From contig CAVVJT010000007.1 in assembly GCA_963748625.1 (NCBI GenBank), forward strand, positions 224,001-288,000: a stretch of 64,000 bases of DNA. Reading direction: 5' to 3'. Under the pieces are notes generated by a model. The model had not been told where the DNA came from and made no database searches. It saw only the letters and a program-made list of their open reading frames with translations. The translations under genes were made by a program, and so were the position numbers. The stretch's first letter is position 1; the number at the start of each line of letters is the position of its first letter. This document shows positions 38,143-47,926 of the stretch, piece by piece. The DNA comes from an uncultured Chloroflexia bacterium. GTDB taxonomy: Bacteria > Chloroflexota > Limnocylindria > Limnocylindrales > CSP1-4.

Positions 38143-38892
38143 TCACCACGTCACGAACCCGCCGGCGATGTTGAGCATCTGGCCGGTCAGGTACGACGCG
38201 CGGGCAGAGAGCAGGAACAGGATGACCTCGGCGGCCTCGTCCGGCGTGCCTGCCCGGCGCATGGGGATCGCGTTGAGGCGTCGCTCGTTGAGCTCGTCGG
38301 GGGTGATGCCGTGGATGGGCGCGTTGAGCTCGAGGAACTGGCGCTGCATCGGGGTGTCGATGACCCCGGGCAGCACGCTGTTCACGCGCATGCCGCGCGC
38401 GGCGTGTGCCGTCGCGAAGGAGCGCGTGAGCGAGAGCACGCCCGCCTTGGCGGCGGCGTACACGGCCACCTCGGGAATCGTGCCCGTCTTCGCGGCGACC
38501 GATGAGACGGTGACGATCGCGCCGTCGTCGGGCAGCGCGGGCGCGAAGGCCTGCAGCAGGAAGAAGACCGACCGGAGGTTCACTGCGTGCAGGCGGTCCC
38601 AGTCGGCCTCGGTCACCTCGTCGATGCGCTGGCCCTGCGTCATGCCGTGGGAGAGCACGAGGGCGTGCACCCCCTCCGACGCGTCGAGGAGCCGCTGGCG
38701 GTCCTCGGTCAGCGTGAGGTCGGCCTGGATCGGCACAGCGCCGATCGCAGCGATCGACGCGCTCCCGGCCTCCGACCGGTGGACGCCGATCACCGTCCCG
38801 CCGCGCTCGACGAGGAGCGCAGCGGTGGCAAGGCCGATCCCGGAACCGGCGCCGGTCACGACGACCCGGCGCCCCGCGAACTCGCCCGTCAT
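38143..38892 (-). CDS. SDR family oxidoreductase
   Basis: TGAGSGIG and YAAAK motifs. Confidence 0.92.
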   Translation of the reverse strand: MTGEFAGRRVVVTGAGSGIGLATAALLVERGGTVIGVHRSEAGSASIAAIGAVPIQADLTLTEDRQRLLDASEGVHALVLSHGMTQGQRIDEVTEADWDRLHAVNLRSVFFLLQAFAPALPDDGAIVTVSSVAAKTGTIPEVAVYAAAKAGVLSLTRSFATAHAARGMRVNSVLPGVIDTPMQRQFLELNAPIHGITPDELNERRLNAIPMRRAGTPDEAAEVILFLLSARASYLTGQMLNIAGGFVTW

Positions 38893-39662
38893 CAATACAT
38901 CAGGAAGCCGCCCGACGCGTTGATGGTGGACCCGGTGATGTAGCTCGCGTGGTCGGATGCAAGGAACACGACCGGACCCGCAATCTCGACGGGCTCAGCG
39001 ACGTACCCGAGCGGGGTCTGCTTCTTCATGCTCTCGTAGATCTCCGGCGAGAGGCCGGTCATCAGCATCGGCGTGTTCGTCTGGCCGGGCGACACGCAGT
39101 TCACGGTGATGCGGTGCGCCCCGTAGGTGCGTGCGAGGCCACGGCAGGCGGACGTGATGCCGCCTTTCGTTGCCGCGTAGGCCACGGACCCGCCGAAGCC
39201 GCCGGTCCACCAGCCCTGCGAGCTGAAGAGAATGATGCGTCCGCCGTTCCCCTGTTCGATCATCGCCTTGCCCGCGGCGCGCGCGAGGAAGAAGGCGGCC
39301 TTGAGGTTCACGTCGTGCTGGAAGTCCCAGTCCTCCTCCGTGACCTCGTCGAGCGAGCCGCGCCGGCGCAAGACCGCGGCGACGTTCGCCAGGACGTAGA
39401 GGTTGCCGAGCTCCTCGCGTGCCCGAGCGACAAGCGCATCGTGCCCGGCGAGGTCGCGCAGGTCCGCCGTCACCCCCACGTGACCGCTGCCCTCGAAGCC
39501 GGCGACCACCTCGTCCACCTTCGCCTGGTCCACGACGTCGACGGCCATGACCTTCGCGCCCGTGGTCGCGAAGGCCTCCGCGACCGCACGGCCGATGCCG
39601 CCGGCCGCCCCCGTGACGATGACGCCCTTGCCCTCAAGCCCGGCGCCCACATTCCAGCTCAT
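38892..39662 (-). CDS. SDR family oxidoreductase
   Basis: TGAAGGIG and YAATK motifs. Confidence 0.92.
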   Translation of the reverse strand: MSWNVGAGLEGKGVIVTGAAGGIGRAVAEAFATTGAKVMAVDVVDQAKVDEVVAGFEGSGHVGVTADLRDLAGHDALVARAREELGNLYVLANVAAVLRRRGSLDEVTEEDWDFQHDVNLKAAFFLARAAGKAMIEQGNGGRIILFSSQGWWTGGFGGSVAYAATKGGITSACRGLARTYGAHRITVNCVSPGQTNTPMLMTGLSPEIYESMKKQTPLGYVAEPVEIAGPVVFLASDHASYITGSTINASGGFLMY

Positions 39663-39699
39663 GTGTCCTCCTGTCCAGCGATGCCCGTCCGGGCACCCT

Positions 39700-40842
39700 T
39701 CAGTGCTTGGCGAGGTAGCGTTCGGTCCGATAGCGATCGACGACCTCGTCGATGATCTCGATGCCGAGCCCTGGCTTTGTCGGCGGGTAGTACCAGCCGT
39801 CCCGGTGGCCGAGGGGTTCGGTGACCAGCTCGTGCTGCATGGGGTTCTCGAGCGGCTTGACCTCGACGAGCTGGAACGCGGCCGATGCGAAGCTCATGGC
39901 CAGGCTGGCCGCGGTCACGATGGCCGATGACCAGCAGTGCGCGTTCGCCTGCCGCCGGTGGAACTCCACGCGCTCCACGGCCTTCATGGACCCGGTGATG
40001 CCTTCGGCGCGTCCGGGGTCGAGCCCTACCACGTCGACCGTCCCGGTCCCCAGGATCCGCTCATACCCGTCGACATCCCACTCCTTCTCACCGTAGGCGA
40101 TGAGCGACGTCGTCTTGCTGCGCAGGTTCAGGTAGCCCTCGTGGTCCCAGGCGCCCAGCGGCTCCTCGATCCAGTGGAGGTCGTACTCCTCGAAGGCGAG
40201 CACACGGCGGACGGCGGTCTTGACATCCCATTTGATGGCCCAGCCGCAGTCGAGCATGATCCACTTCCCCGGCAGGCCCTCGCGCATCCGCCGGATGTAC
40301 TCGACGTCGCGATCGTGGTCGTACCCGAGGCGGGCGTCGCCACGCTTGCCCAGGCCCACCTTGAGGCCGCAGAGGCCGGGCTCCACCCACTCCTGGGCCT
40401 CCTCGACCATCCGCCCGATGTCGGAGTAGTGCGCGTGGCTCGAAGCCACCGCCGGCAGGCGGTCGTGCACCGCACCGCCGAGCAGCTGGACCACCGGGAC
40501 CCCCAGCACCTTGCCCTTGAGGTCCCACAGGGCGATGTCGATCGCCGCGACGGCGAACGATGCCAGCCCGCCGCGATAGCCGTACCACCACATCTGGTCG
40601 CGCAGCGAGGTCCAGATCGCGATGTTGTCGAGCGGGTCCCGACCGATGACGCGGGCGGCCATGCCCTCGATGATCGACTTGACCGCGTAGCTGGCCTCCA
40701 GGAACGAGGTGACGGCCTCACCCCACCCGACGACGCCGTCGTCGGTCGTGATCTTCACGAGGCAGAGGTGGCGGGTCGAGTTGAAGTCGTTGGGCTCCGG
40801 GTAGCTGACCGGGATCGCCTCAACAGTCGTGACCTGGGACAT
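39700..40842 (-). CDS. Mandelate racemase/enolase superfamily enzyme (acid-sugar dehydratase-like)
   Basis: GWGE, IDIALWDLKGK, MLD, WIEEP and YGE motifs. Confidence 0.92.
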   Translation of the reverse strand: MSQVTTVEAIPVSYPEPNDFNSTRHLCLVKITTDDGVVGWGEAVTSFLEASYAVKSIIEGMAARVIGRDPLDNIAIWTSLRDQMWWYGYRGGLASFAVAAIDIALWDLKGKVLGVPVVQLLGGAVHDRLPAVASSHAHYSDIGRMVEEAQEWVEPGLCGLKVGLGKRGDARLGYDHDRDVEYIRRMREGLPGKWIMLDCGWAIKWDVKTAVRRVLAFEEYDLHWIEEPLGAWDHEGYLNLRSKTTSLIAYGEKEWDVDGYERILGTGTVDVVGLDPGRAEGITGSMKAVERVEFHRRQANAHCWSSAIVTAASLAMSFASAAFQLVEVKPLENPMQHELVTEPLGHRDGWYYPPTKPGLGIEIIDEVVDRYRTERYLAKH

Positions 40843-40865
40843 GGCTTCCTCCCTTGGCGAACGCC

Positions 40866-42257
40866 TCAGACCCGGATGGAGCGCAGACCGAGCGCTGAGG
40901 CCAGCGCGGGGATCTCGATGTCCAGCCGACCTGGGGCCAGGGCGTTGTGGTGGGTGGCCCCCGAGGCGATCCAGCGATCGATGGCCTCGATGGCAGACCC
41001 CGAGTCGAAACGGAACATCCCGTTGGGACCACGCATGGCGTTGTAGCGGGACTCGACGACCTCGCCTGTCGCCCACGCGAGCGTCCAGCTCGAGCCCGTC
41101 GGCGACAGGCTGAGGAGCGTCGCCGGACCGCGTCGCAGGCCGAACGAGAGGCCGCTGCCCTTGCCGCGGATCCCGGGGTAGTGGTCATTCGCCTCGAGGG
41201 TGACGCTCCCGGGCGGATCGGCCCAGGCCGGGTCGCCCTCCCCGCCGGCGGCAACCAGCAGGAGCCCCGTGTCGGCCTCCGGCGTGTACCCCTCGCAATA
41301 CAGCGCCGATCCCGCGACCTGCCTGGCGAGATGGAGCGCGATCGCCGTGGGCTGATCCCCCGTGCAGGCGATGCTCCGGCCCTGCTCGGCCTGGCAGGCG
41401 ACCGCGAGGCAGGCGGTGATCCCGACCCGCTCCGAGTCCCTGAACCACGGGCCGTGGCAGTTCACCGTCCCGGCAACCGCCCCCGCGCCCTCCATCGCCG
41501 CGTCGAGCGCCACCGCGACGCGCGCGCTTCGCTCAGCCTCCGTCCCCGGTTCCCCGGCCCAGCGACGGCGGACGTCGGCGAGCAGGGCCGTCGTCGTCGC
41601 GGGATCCGCCGCCTCAACGGCCGCCTCCCAGGTGCCGCGGTCGATCGCGACCTCGCGCATCCCCAGGGCCGCGAGATCCGACGTCGTGGCCTCGACGTCG
41701 AGGTAGCCGGGGATGGGGTCGCCGATCCGCAGGACCGTCGCGCCCCGCAGCGATCCGGCGGCGGCGGCGGCGCGCACGGTGCGCAGCAGGCGCGCGACAC
41801 CGGCCGGGTCGTCGTGCCCGGAGGTCACGACCAGCGGCGGACGGCCCTCGCGCACGCGCAGGTTGCCGTACATGAGGGCGCCGACGGTCGTCGTGTGCTC
41901 GGTCGCCTGGGCCTGGGTCAGCCCGTCCGCGAGGCGCGTCACGGTCGGCGCGTTCCAGATGACGAGCGGGGCCGTCGTGCCCTGCAGCGCGATCGCCGCA
42001 TAGCTCGGCGGTGCAGCCATCGTCGGGGCGAACACGACCGCGTCGAACCGGACCTGCGAGAGCACCTCCGCGGCTCTGCGCGCGCCCTCCTCGTCCTCGA
42101 TCAGCTCCGGAGCGACCACGTCGAACGCTTCGCCGAGCACCTCGGCCGAGCGTTGCGCGTGCGCGCGCATGCGCGCCGGGAAGTCCGGCGGCATCTGCGC
42201 GTCGAACATCGCGAAGCGCACGGAGATGAGCGCGATCTGCGGCCGGGGTGTGGTCAT
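40866..42257 (-). CDS. L-fucose/L-arabinose isomerase-like protein (paralog of 29115-30537)
   Basis: TMAAPP, NCH, CTGD, YCE, GPATL and THH motifs. Confidence 0.75.
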   Translation of the reverse strand: MTTPRPQIALISVRFAMFDAQMPPDFPARMRAHAQRSAEVLGEAFDVVAPELIEDEEGARRAAEVLSQVRFDAVVFAPTMAAPPSYAAIALQGTTAPLVIWNAPTVTRLADGLTQAQATEHTTTVGALMYGNLRVREGRPPLVVTSGHDDPAGVARLLRTVRAAAAAGSLRGATVLRIGDPIPGYLDVEATTSDLAALGMREVAIDRGTWEAAVEAADPATTTALLADVRRRWAGEPGTEAERSARVAVALDAAMEGAGAVAGTVNCHGPWFRDSERVGITACLAVACQAEQGRSIACTGDQPTAIALHLARQVAGSALYCEGYTPEADTGLLLVAAGGEGDPAWADPPGSVTLEANDHYPGIRGKGSGLSFGLRRGPATLLSLSPTGSSWTLAWATGEVVESRYNAMRGPNGMFRFDSGSAIEAIDRWIASGATHHNALAPGRLDIEIPALASALGLRSIRV

Positions 42258-43321
42258 CGCGACGCCAGCGGCGGGCAGGACGCCCGGAGCTCGAACTGCA
42301 TCGGCAGGATCACCGTCCGGGGCTCGACCTCCCCGCGGAGGTGCCGGAGCAGCAGCTCCGCCGCCTCGCGGCCCAGGCCGACCGTGTCGCGGCTGACGAC
42401 GGAGATGGGGGGGTCGTAGAGCTCTGCGAGGGGCACGTCGTCGCAGGTGACCAGGGCGATGTCGCGACCCGGACGGACCCCATGCCGGGCGAACGCGCGC
42501 AGGCAGCCCACCAGCGGCTGGTTGCCGCCGGCGATGATGGCCGTGGGCGGTTCGGGCATCGCCAGCAGGGCCTCGGTCGCCGTTTCCCCGTGCTCGGCGG
42601 ACAGCGAGCCCGCCCGAATGATCGTCTCGTCCGGGAGGCCTCGGCCGGCGACCGCCTCCCGCAGGCCGGCGATGCGCTCACGGACCGGGAAGATGTCCTC
42701 CGGGCCCGTCACGAGGGCGATCCGCCGGTGGCCCAGGTCGAGCAGGGCCTCGACCGCGAGGCGGACACCGTTGCGATGGTCATGGCGGACGGCGCTGACC
42801 CGGAAGCGGGGCGGCAGCTCGCGGTCGACGAGGACCAGGGGCAGCTTGCAGTCCTCGAGCGCCTGCAGGGTCTCCGGTGTCCGCTCGTTCGCGAGCGACA
42901 GGATCAGCCCGTCGACGCGTCGGCCCTCGAAGAACCTCACGTGCGCCGCGTCCAGGCGTGGATCGTTCTCCGAGTTCATGACCAGCATCGAGTAGCCGGC
43001 CTCACGCAGCCTGAGCTCCGCGCCGCACGCGATGTCCGCGATCAGCGGGTTGGAGATGTCGCCGACCACGAACCCGACCGACAGCGTGGCCCCGCGCCGC
43101 AGCGATTGGGCGAGGAAGTCCGGCTCGTACCCGAGCTGCTCGACGGCTGCCAGCACGCGGTCCCGCATGGGGGCCGACACGTCAGCGTGGCCAGATAGCA
43201 CCCGGCTCACCGAGGACATCGCCACCCCGGCGAGGTCGGCGACGTCGCGCATGCTCGCCCGACGGGTCGTGCGACCCAATCCCTCAGGTTCCCTTGCCAT
43301 GCTCCGCCGGATCGTCGCCAT
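42254..43321 (-). CDS. LacI family transcriptional regulator
   Basis: HTH MRDVADLAGVAMSSVSRVL, hinge YEPDFLAQSL, sugar-binding domain. Confidence 0.95.
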   Translation of the reverse strand: MATIRRSMAREPEGLGRTTRRASMRDVADLAGVAMSSVSRVLSGHADVSAPMRDRVLAAVEQLGYEPDFLAQSLRRGATLSVGFVVGDISNPLIADIACGAELRLREAGYSMLVMNSENDPRLDAAHVRFFEGRRVDGLILSLANERTPETLQALEDCKLPLVLVDRELPPRFRVSAVRHDHRNGVRLAVEALLDLGHRRIALVTGPEDIFPVRERIAGLREAVAGRGLPDETIIRAGSLSAEHGETATEALLAMPEPPTAIIAGGNQPLVGCLRAFARHGVRPGRDIALVTCDDVPLAELYDPPISVVSRDTVGLGREAAELLLRHLRGEVEPRTVILPMQFELRASCPPLASR

Positions 43322-43342
43322 ACAAGCCTTCCGGCTTCCCTC

Positions 43343-43358
43343 CCGGTATCGGTTTCAG
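43343..43358. promoter_or_regulatory. LacI-type operator (probably autoregulatory)
   Basis: CCGGTATCGGTTTCAG, between a minus-strand -10 TGCTAGGGT and the lacI start. Confidence 0.55.
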
Positions 43359-43396
43359 CAACCCTAGCACAGCCCCTCGAAGCCTCGTGACGTCGA

Positions 43397-44533
43397 TTAC
43401 CGGTCGACGCGGTAGCGCTCGATGAACCCCTCGTCGAGGACCCAGCCGAGGCCGGGGCCGGCAGGGAGCGGGAGTTCCCCGTCGACGAGCGCCGGACGGT
43501 TGGCAAGCATCTGCCAGAAGATCGGGTCGCGTGCGGGCGAGAACGCCTCGACGTAGGTGCCGTGCGGGACGGACGCCAGCAGGTGGCTGGCCACCTGCGC
43601 CTCCTCGTGGTGACCCACCTGGATGTCGAAGGCGCTCGCAAGGGCGGCGACCCGCCGCCACTCGGAGGGGCCGCCGCCCCACGAGGAGTCGTAGTTGCAG
43701 ACGTCGATCCCGCCGTTGAGCATCATCTCGCGCATGCCCACCCGGCTGATCTCGCTCTGGCCGGCTGCGACGTCCACGTTCCCGCGGAGACGGACGTCGC
43801 GCAGGCCGCGGAAGTCGGCGTGCCAGCGGGTCGGCTCCTCGAACCAGCGTGGCTCGATGCCCTCAGCGCGGATGGCGGCGAGGAACGCGAGGGCCTGCGG
43901 GACCGTGAAGCCCTGGTTGGCGTCCACGACGAACAGGAAGTCCTCACCTGCATGGCGGCGCGCGCGCACGAGGCGCGCCGCATCCTCGGCGGGCGAGCGT
44001 GCCCCCACCTTGAACTTCATCCCGACCATGCCGTGTTCGCCCTGGAAGAAGTCGATCTCCCGCTCGATCTCCTGCCCCTTCGCCGCCTCCGAGTCCGGGA
44101 TGTAGTAGCCGCCGATGCCGATCATCGGGACGCGGTCGCGGTAGCCCCCCCAGAGACGCCAGAGGGGCTGCCCGTACGCCTTGCCGACGGCGTCCCAGAC
44201 GGCCGTGTCGATGCACGCGATCGCCTGCATCGCGTACCAGCGCGGCCGGAGCTGATCGAAGGTCGCGGGCAGCATCGCCTCCCAGACGCGCTCGGTCTGG
44301 AGCGCATCGAGACCTATCACGCGCGGAGCAAGCTCCTCGTGCAGGATCTGCAGGATCGCCGACTGGAGCGGCTCGTCCTCGTCGGCGGTGTACGCCTCGC
44401 CCACGATCCCGTCGGCGGTGTGGATGCGCGTGATGATGGTGCAGCGGTTCCGCATCCGATAGTGGCTGCCCGCGTAGGTGAACGGCAGCGGCACGCGGAT
44501 GGGAACCGTCTCAATCCGCTCGATCCGCAGCAT
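43397..44533 (-). CDS. Mandelate racemase/enolase superfamily enzyme
   Basis: KFKVG, DANQ, WFEEP, AGQSE and GHHEE motifs. Confidence 0.92.
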   Translation of the reverse strand: MLRIERIETVPIRVPLPFTYAGSHYRMRNRCTIITRIHTADGIVGEAYTADEDEPLQSAILQILHEELAPRVIGLDALQTERVWEAMLPATFDQLRPRWYAMQAIACIDTAVWDAVGKAYGQPLWRLWGGYRDRVPMIGIGGYYIPDSEAAKGQEIEREIDFFQGEHGMVGMKFKVGARSPAEDAARLVRARRHAGEDFLFVVDANQGFTVPQALAFLAAIRAEGIEPRWFEEPTRWHADFRGLRDVRLRGNVDVAAGQSEISRVGMREMMLNGGIDVCNYDSSWGGGPSEWRRVAALASAFDIQVGHHEEAQVASHLLASVPHGTYVEAFSPARDPIFWQMLANRPALVDGELPLPAGPGLGWVLDEGFIERYRVDR

Positions 44534-44565
44534 CAGCCCTCCTCCAGGCAGTCCTGAGAAGCATT

Positions 44566-44581
44566 CCAGAGTCGTTTCCAG
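44566..44581. promoter_or_regulatory. LacI-type operator
   Basis: Reverse complement CTGGAAACGACTCTGG, downstream of a minus-strand -10 TAGGAT. Confidence 0.55.
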
Positions 44582-44640
44582 ATGGCCGATCCTACGTGCG
44601 CCTGGACGGCGGGTCAACGGCGCTCACGGGCGGCTGCCGT

Positions 44641-44699
44641 TTGACCGCTCGGGCCTGTGCCGTGCACAATGCCGATGGGGCGGCTGGAAACGGTTGCAC
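44641..44699 (+). promoter_or_regulatory. Promoter plus LacI-type operator of the E1 operon
   Basis: TTGACC-18bp-CACAAT; operator CTGGAAACGGTTGCAC at 44684-44699. Confidence 0.68.
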
Positions 44700-44775
44700 C
44701 CTCGAACCCCGAGCCGACCGACGGTCCACGCGAGGGTCCCCGGCCCGATCCGGGAGCGGACAAGGAGAGCAACGC

Positions 44776-45754
44776 ATGACCAGCCCTCGAACGCCGGCAG
44801 ACCCGGCGACGCTCGCCCGCTGGTATCGCCAGATGGTCGAGATCCGCCTGTTCGAGGACAAGGTCCAGCAGTTGTTCCAGACAGGCCAGATCGAGGGGAC
44901 GACCCATCTGGCCCAGGGTCAGGAGGCCGTCTCCGTCGGCTCGATCTCGGCCATGGAGCCCGGCGACGTCCAGACGAACACCTACCGCGGCCATGGGGAG
45001 GCGCTCGCCTTGGGCATGGACCACGAGGTGGCCTTCGCCGAGCTCATGGGACGCAGCGCCGGTTGCTCCAAGGGCCTCGGCGGCTCCATGCACCTGATCG
45101 ACGTGTCGAAGGGGAACATCGGTGCCAACGCGATCGTTGGCGCCGGCCTGCCGATCGCCCTGGGTGCGGCGATGGCGTTCAGGGTCCGCAGCGAGGGACA
45201 CGTCGCGCTGACCTTCATCGGCGACGGCTCGACGAACATCGGCACCTTCCACGAGACGCTCAACATGGCGGCGGTGTGGAAGGCGCCGGTCGTGTTCATC
45301 GTCACCAACAACCTCTACGGCGAGTACTCGCCGATACGCACGACGACGCCGCTCGACGATCTCGCCCGGCGAGCCGATCCGTACGGCATGCCCGGGATCA
45401 TCGTGGACGGCCAGGATGTTGAGGCCGTGCACGCGGCCGTGACCTCCGCGATCGCGCGGGCGCGGGCCGGCGACGGGCCCAGCCTCCTCGAGATGAAGAC
45501 CTACCGCTATCGCGGCCACTCCCGGTCGGATCCGGCGAAGTACCGGCCCGCGGGCGAGCTCGACGCCTGGAAGGCCAGGGATCCGATCACGATCCTGGGT
45601 GGGCGCCTCGCCGCCGCCGGGATCCTCTCGGAGGCCGAGCAGGCCGCGATCCAGGATGACGACCCAGACCGCGATCGATGCGGCCGCCCAGCGTGCGGCC
45701 ACGTCCCCGTACCTCGAGCTCGAGGAGACCGCCGACTATGTCTACGCTCGCTGA
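44776..45754 (+). CDS. TPP-dependent dehydrogenase E1 alpha (AcoA/PdhA-like), +1 frameshift near 45655
   Basis: GQEA, GGSMH, GDG...NN and YRYRGHS motifs; corrected end AIDAAAQRAATSPYLELEETADYVYAR*. Confidence 0.9.
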
Positions 45755-46754
45755 CGCCCCGGCAGCCACGGCCGACAGCTCCGCCGTGGAGATGACCTAT
45801 CGCGACGCGATCAACGCCGCCCTGCACGACGAGATGGAGGCCGATCCGAGCGTCGTGCTCCTGGGCGAGGACGTGGACGCGAGCGGTGGTGTGTTCAAGA
45901 CCAACGAGGGCTTGCCGCAACGGTTCCCGGGCCGCGTCCTGACCACCCCGATCTGCGAGAACGGCTTCACCGGTGTCGCCCTCGGGATGTCGCTGCAGGG
46001 CCTGCGTCCGGTCGTCGAGTTCATGTTCGCCGACTTCCTGCCGACCGCCGGCGACCAGATCGTGAACCAGCTGCCCAAGTACCGGTTCATGTCCGGTGGA
46101 CAGTTCGCGGTGCCGGTCACGCTCCGGGTCATCTCCGGCGCGACCGGACGTTTCGGGACCCAGCACAGCGCCACGGGTGAATCGTGGTACATGTCGCTGC
46201 CGGGGCTGCGCGTCTGCGCCGCGTCCACGCCCGGCTCGGCCTACGCGCTCCTGCGGGCCGCGATCCGTGACCCCAATCCCGTCCTCTTCCATGAGCACAA
46301 GGGCCTCTACGGCCGCAAGGGACCCGTCGAGCGCGGCACGATCGCCGACCTGGGCAAGGCGCAGGTCGTCCGGTCAGGCGCTGACGTGACCATCCTGGCA
46401 ACACTGATGATGGTCGAGCGGGCCCTCGAGGCGGCCTCGATGCTGGCCGCGGAAGGGATCGACGCGGAGGTGGTCGACCTCCGCTGGGTCCGGCCGCTCG
46501 ACATGGCGACGGTCAGCGCCTCGGTCGGGAGAACCGGCCGGCTCGTGATCGCGGAGGAGCAGGTCCACGCCGGCGGCTGGGGAGCCACGGTCATCAGCGA
46601 GCTGGCCATGGCCGGCGTCAGCTGGCGATCGGCACCGCGCGCCGTCAGCCTGCCCGCGGACATCCCCATCGCGTACAGCCCGCCGCTCGAGGATGCCGCC
46701 CTGCCCACGGCGCTGTCCATCGCCGCCGCGGCCCGTGCCTCGGTGCGCGCGTGA
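45738..46754 (+). CDS. TPP-dependent dehydrogenase E1 beta
   Basis: LLGEDV, TPICE, QHS, FHEHK and DLRWVRPLD motifs. Confidence 0.92.
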   Translation: MSTLADAPAATADSSAVEMTYRDAINAALHDEMEADPSVVLLGEDVDASGGVFKTNEGLPQRFPGRVLTTPICENGFTGVALGMSLQGLRPVVEFMFADFLPTAGDQIVNQLPKYRFMSGGQFAVPVTLRVISGATGRFGTQHSATGESWYMSLPGLRVCAASTPGSAYALLRAAIRDPNPVLFHEHKGLYGRKGPVERGTIADLGKAQVVRSGADVTILATLMMVERALEAASMLAAEGIDAEVVDLRWVRPLDMATVSASVGRTGRLVIAEEQVHAGGWGATVISELAMAGVSWRSAPRAVSLPADIPIAYSPPLEDAALPTALSIAAAARASVRA

Positions 46755-47926
46755 GCGCCACCGGGGCCTCCTCGACCGGGGGCCGGCCGTTCGACCACAC
46801 CTCCCTCATCATCGACCGCATCGAGACGATCGCTGTCCGGATCCCGCTCAAGCGCCGCTTCTCGGGCAGCGCCTACTCGATGGTCAACCGGTGCACGATC
46901 GTGGTCCGGCTGCACACCGCGGACGGGATCGTCTCCGAGTCCTACAGCGGCGACACCGACGCGGAGCAGGACCTCATCGTGGGGATCATCCACGATGAGC
47001 TCGCGCCGGCGATCCTGGGGCGGAGCGCCACGGATCCCGAGGGCGCGTGGCATGCGATGGAACCAGCCACCAATGACATCCTCCGGGAGCGTGGATACGC
47101 GCTCCAGGCGATCGCGGCGCTCGACACGGCGATCTGGGACGTCTTCGCGCGTGCGCTCGGCGTGCCGCTCTACCGCGCGTGGGGCGCGACCACGGACTCC
47201 CTCCCGATCTCGATCATCGGTGGCTACTACCACCTCGAGGGAGATGCCCTGGGGGACACGATCCGGTCCTACGTGGACCGGGGCTTCGCCGGCTGCAAGT
47301 TCAAGGTCGGCGGGCGATCGCCTGCGGTCGACGCCGAGCGGGTGCGGATGGCCCGCGAGGCGGCCGGACCGGACTTCGCGCTGATGGTCGACGCCAACCA
47401 GGGCTACACGCGCGAGGAGGCGGTGGCCTTCGGGCAGCTGGTGCGCGACCTGAACATCCGCTGGTTCGAGGAGCCTGTGCGCTGGACGAACGACCGGCGC
47501 TGGATGCGCGACGTGCGGTACCAGACCGGCATCCCCGTCTGCGCGGGCCAGAGTGAGACCACGCTGCGGGGAATCCGAGACCTGGTCGTCGACGGGGCCA
47601 TCGACGTGTCCAACTTCGACGCTTCATGGGCGGGCGGTCCGACGATCTGGCGCAAGGCCGCCGGCATGAGTGCGACGTTCGGGGTCCAGCTGGGCCATCA
47701 CGAGGAGCCCCAGGTCTCCGCCCACCTGCTGGCCTCGGTGGCGGACCACACCTTCGTCGAGTGCTTCGACGAGGAGCGGGATCCACTGTTCTGGAACATC
47801 TCCGACTTCCCGACGCGGATCAGCGGCGGGCGGTACACGCTCCCGTCCGGCCCCGGCCTCGGGCTGGAGCTGGACTGGGACTACATCCGCGCGCACCAGA
47901 TTGGGACACGGGTCACCGCGCGATGA
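46751..47926 (+). CDS. Mandelate racemase/enolase superfamily enzyme (paralog of 43397-44533)
   Basis: KFKVG, DANQ, WFEEP, AGQSE and GHHEE motifs. Confidence 0.92.
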   Translation: MSATGASSTGGRPFDHTSLIIDRIETIAVRIPLKRRFSGSAYSMVNRCTIVVRLHTADGIVSESYSGDTDAEQDLIVGIIHDELAPAILGRSATDPEGAWHAMEPATNDILRERGYALQAIAALDTAIWDVFARALGVPLYRAWGATTDSLPISIIGGYYHLEGDALGDTIRSYVDRGFAGCKFKVGGRSPAVDAERVRMAREAAGPDFALMVDANQGYTREEAVAFGQLVRDLNIRWFEEPVRWTNDRRWMRDVRYQTGIPVCAGQSETTLRGIRDLVVDGAIDVSNFDASWAGGPTIWRKAAGMSATFGVQLGHHEEPQVSAHLLASVADHTFVECFDEERDPLFWNISDFPTRISGGRYTLPSGPGLGLELDWDYIRAHQIGTRVTAR

